A DNA stretch of 64,000 nucleotides from Anolis carolinensis (Eukaryota): contig NC_085845.1 in assembly GCF_035594765.1 (NCBI RefSeq), positions 30,560,024 through 30,624,023 of the forward strand, given 5' to 3'. The translations under genes and the position numbers were made by a program. Shown piece by piece: positions 62,461-64,000 of the stretch; the stretch's first letter is position 1; the number at the start of each line of letters is the position of its first letter. The notes beneath the pieces were generated by a model, which saw nothing but the letters and a program-made list of their open reading frames with translations, was not told the origin of the DNA and searched no databases.

Positions 62461-63489
62461 TGGACTGCCTTGTGGACTTCTCTCTACCTAAAATAATAAT
62501 AAATCCTTGTTGTTATGGATTTGGATTATTAAATTATCAATGTTCAGTTACCATACTGCTAAATAAATAGTTCACTTTTAATTACAGCTACTCCAGCTGT
62601 ACTTAATTCCCAAATACACGAAGTTTACGTTTACCTTTGTATTTGGCTTATGAATTGGTGCTTAGAAGTCATGAAAGCAACGGAGCATCATCTTTCTCTC
62701 ATGAGTGGTGGGACTTTGTTCAGAGAGGGGCTGGGAGTAGTTTCTGCTCCCTTATAAAAATTCTTTTTTGTGGAAAAAACAGTGGGCTTTCACAACACAG
62801 AAGGAGCATTGGTTTATAAGATCTGTGCATGGTCTCACAAGAGAACACTATTCAGTAGGCTTCAAAGTGATTCAACGATGGCGTAGCTGCAGCAGTGGCC
62901 ACATGTAATATAGCCTGTAGCTCTTTAAAGAGGATTAGCTTCAGATCAGGGGGAGTATTCATCTCTGGATTTCATGTAAAGCAGAATATGCTAATGAAAT
63001 GGAAATGTCTACAGCAAACATTGCATGATAACATAAACCCTCGAAACTGAGCTTAGCGTGGCGATAGTCCACTCTGAGAAACAAATTTCATTCTCTTCAT
63101 GTTAATCAGATGGGAGGGGTAGAAATGGGAGCTTGGTGAGTTTTTTGTTTGTTTTTCTTCTTCTTTTTCAGTAGATCCTTACGAGCATAGAATTTATAGC
63201 ATTTCCACTGCATCACCAAATTAGGGAAAGCTAAAATTCATTTCTGGTTTTGCTTTCCCCCCCCCCCCTTTACATAGCTAGCTTCTGTAGGTTAGAATGG
63301 AAAGTGAACATGCCATGTTACTCTTCACAGAAAACATCACTGACAAGCCCTAAACTAGGAGTGAGCTCTGTTGTATTCAGTTGCCAGACCCATTGAATCA
63401 ATGGAAATTTGGTAAAGCAACACTTAGGATTCAGTGAGCATTCTCCAGTAGGGACTGCAATTGAATTTAAGCCAGTTGAATATATGTCC

Positions 63490-63819
63490 TGGAAGGAGCC
63501 CCGGTGGCAAGGTGCGTTAAAGCGCTGAGCTGCTGAACTTGCAGACCGAAAGGTCCCAGGTTCAAATCCCGGGAGTGGAGTGAGCGCCCGCTGTTAGCTC
63601 CAGCTCCTGCCAACCTAGCAGTTCGAAAACATGCCAATGTGAGTAGATCAATAGGTACCGCTCCGGCGGGAAGGTAACGGCGCTCCATGCAGTCATGCCG
63701 GCCACATGACCTTGGAGGTGTCTATGGACAACGCCGGCTCTTCGGCTTAGAAATGAAGATGAGCACCAACCCCCAGAGTCAGACATGACTGGACTTAACG
63801 TTAGGGGAAACCTTTACCT
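63490..63819 (+). mobile_element. Sauria SINE, full length
   Basis: tRNA-like head ggagccccggtggc...ggttcaaatccc, conserved body, ggggaaacctttacct tail; TSD AATATATGTCC. Confidence 0.92.
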
Positions 63820-64000
63820 AATATATGTCCAAGTAAAGATTCTTTGAACTTTGCTTCATGTTCATTTTATCACAGAACTTGGGAAAGTTCTTTTTTTGAA
63901 CTAAAGCTCCCTGTATCTTCCAGAGGTCATATTGGCTTAGGGATTCTGGAAGTAGTTATCCAAATGTGTTGGGCAACCTTAAAAATAGGAATTAATCTCA

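Overview
This is AT-rich vertebrate genomic DNA. The repeat content (Sauria-type SINE, L2-tailed tRNA SINE, CR1, L2, RTE, Vingi-like and Penelope-like elements, many hAT/Tc1/Harbinger MITEs) points to a squamate reptile, probably an Anolis lizard. The window holds a complete 10-exon AP1AR (gadkin) gene on + (ATG 13475, stop 33439, 300 aa; every GT-AG junction is phase-consistent). It is followed by TWO intact, convergently oriented TIFA genes on - (39503-40036 and 51675-52208; both 177 aa, 38 aa differences by hand alignment). The TIFA pair comes from an old tandem duplication whose unit runs from AP1AR 3'UTR sequence through TIFA and its promoter. A third AP1AR-3'UTR fragment at about 56.1-56.3 kb suggests a further, lost unit. 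Both paralogs keep the ALPK1 phospho-acceptor Thr and a TRAF6-type PxExxE motif. They differ in the C-terminal TRAF-binding tail, one FHA pocket residue, Kozak context and promoter design (two kB sites plus an intronic IRF/ISRE versus TATA plus one kB-like site). This two-adaptor version of the ADP-heptose/ALPK1/TIFA pathway is the most interesting candidate system; the functional split is inference, not shown. No ALPK1 coding exon was recognised. Most short ORFs in the track are spurious or transposon-derived.
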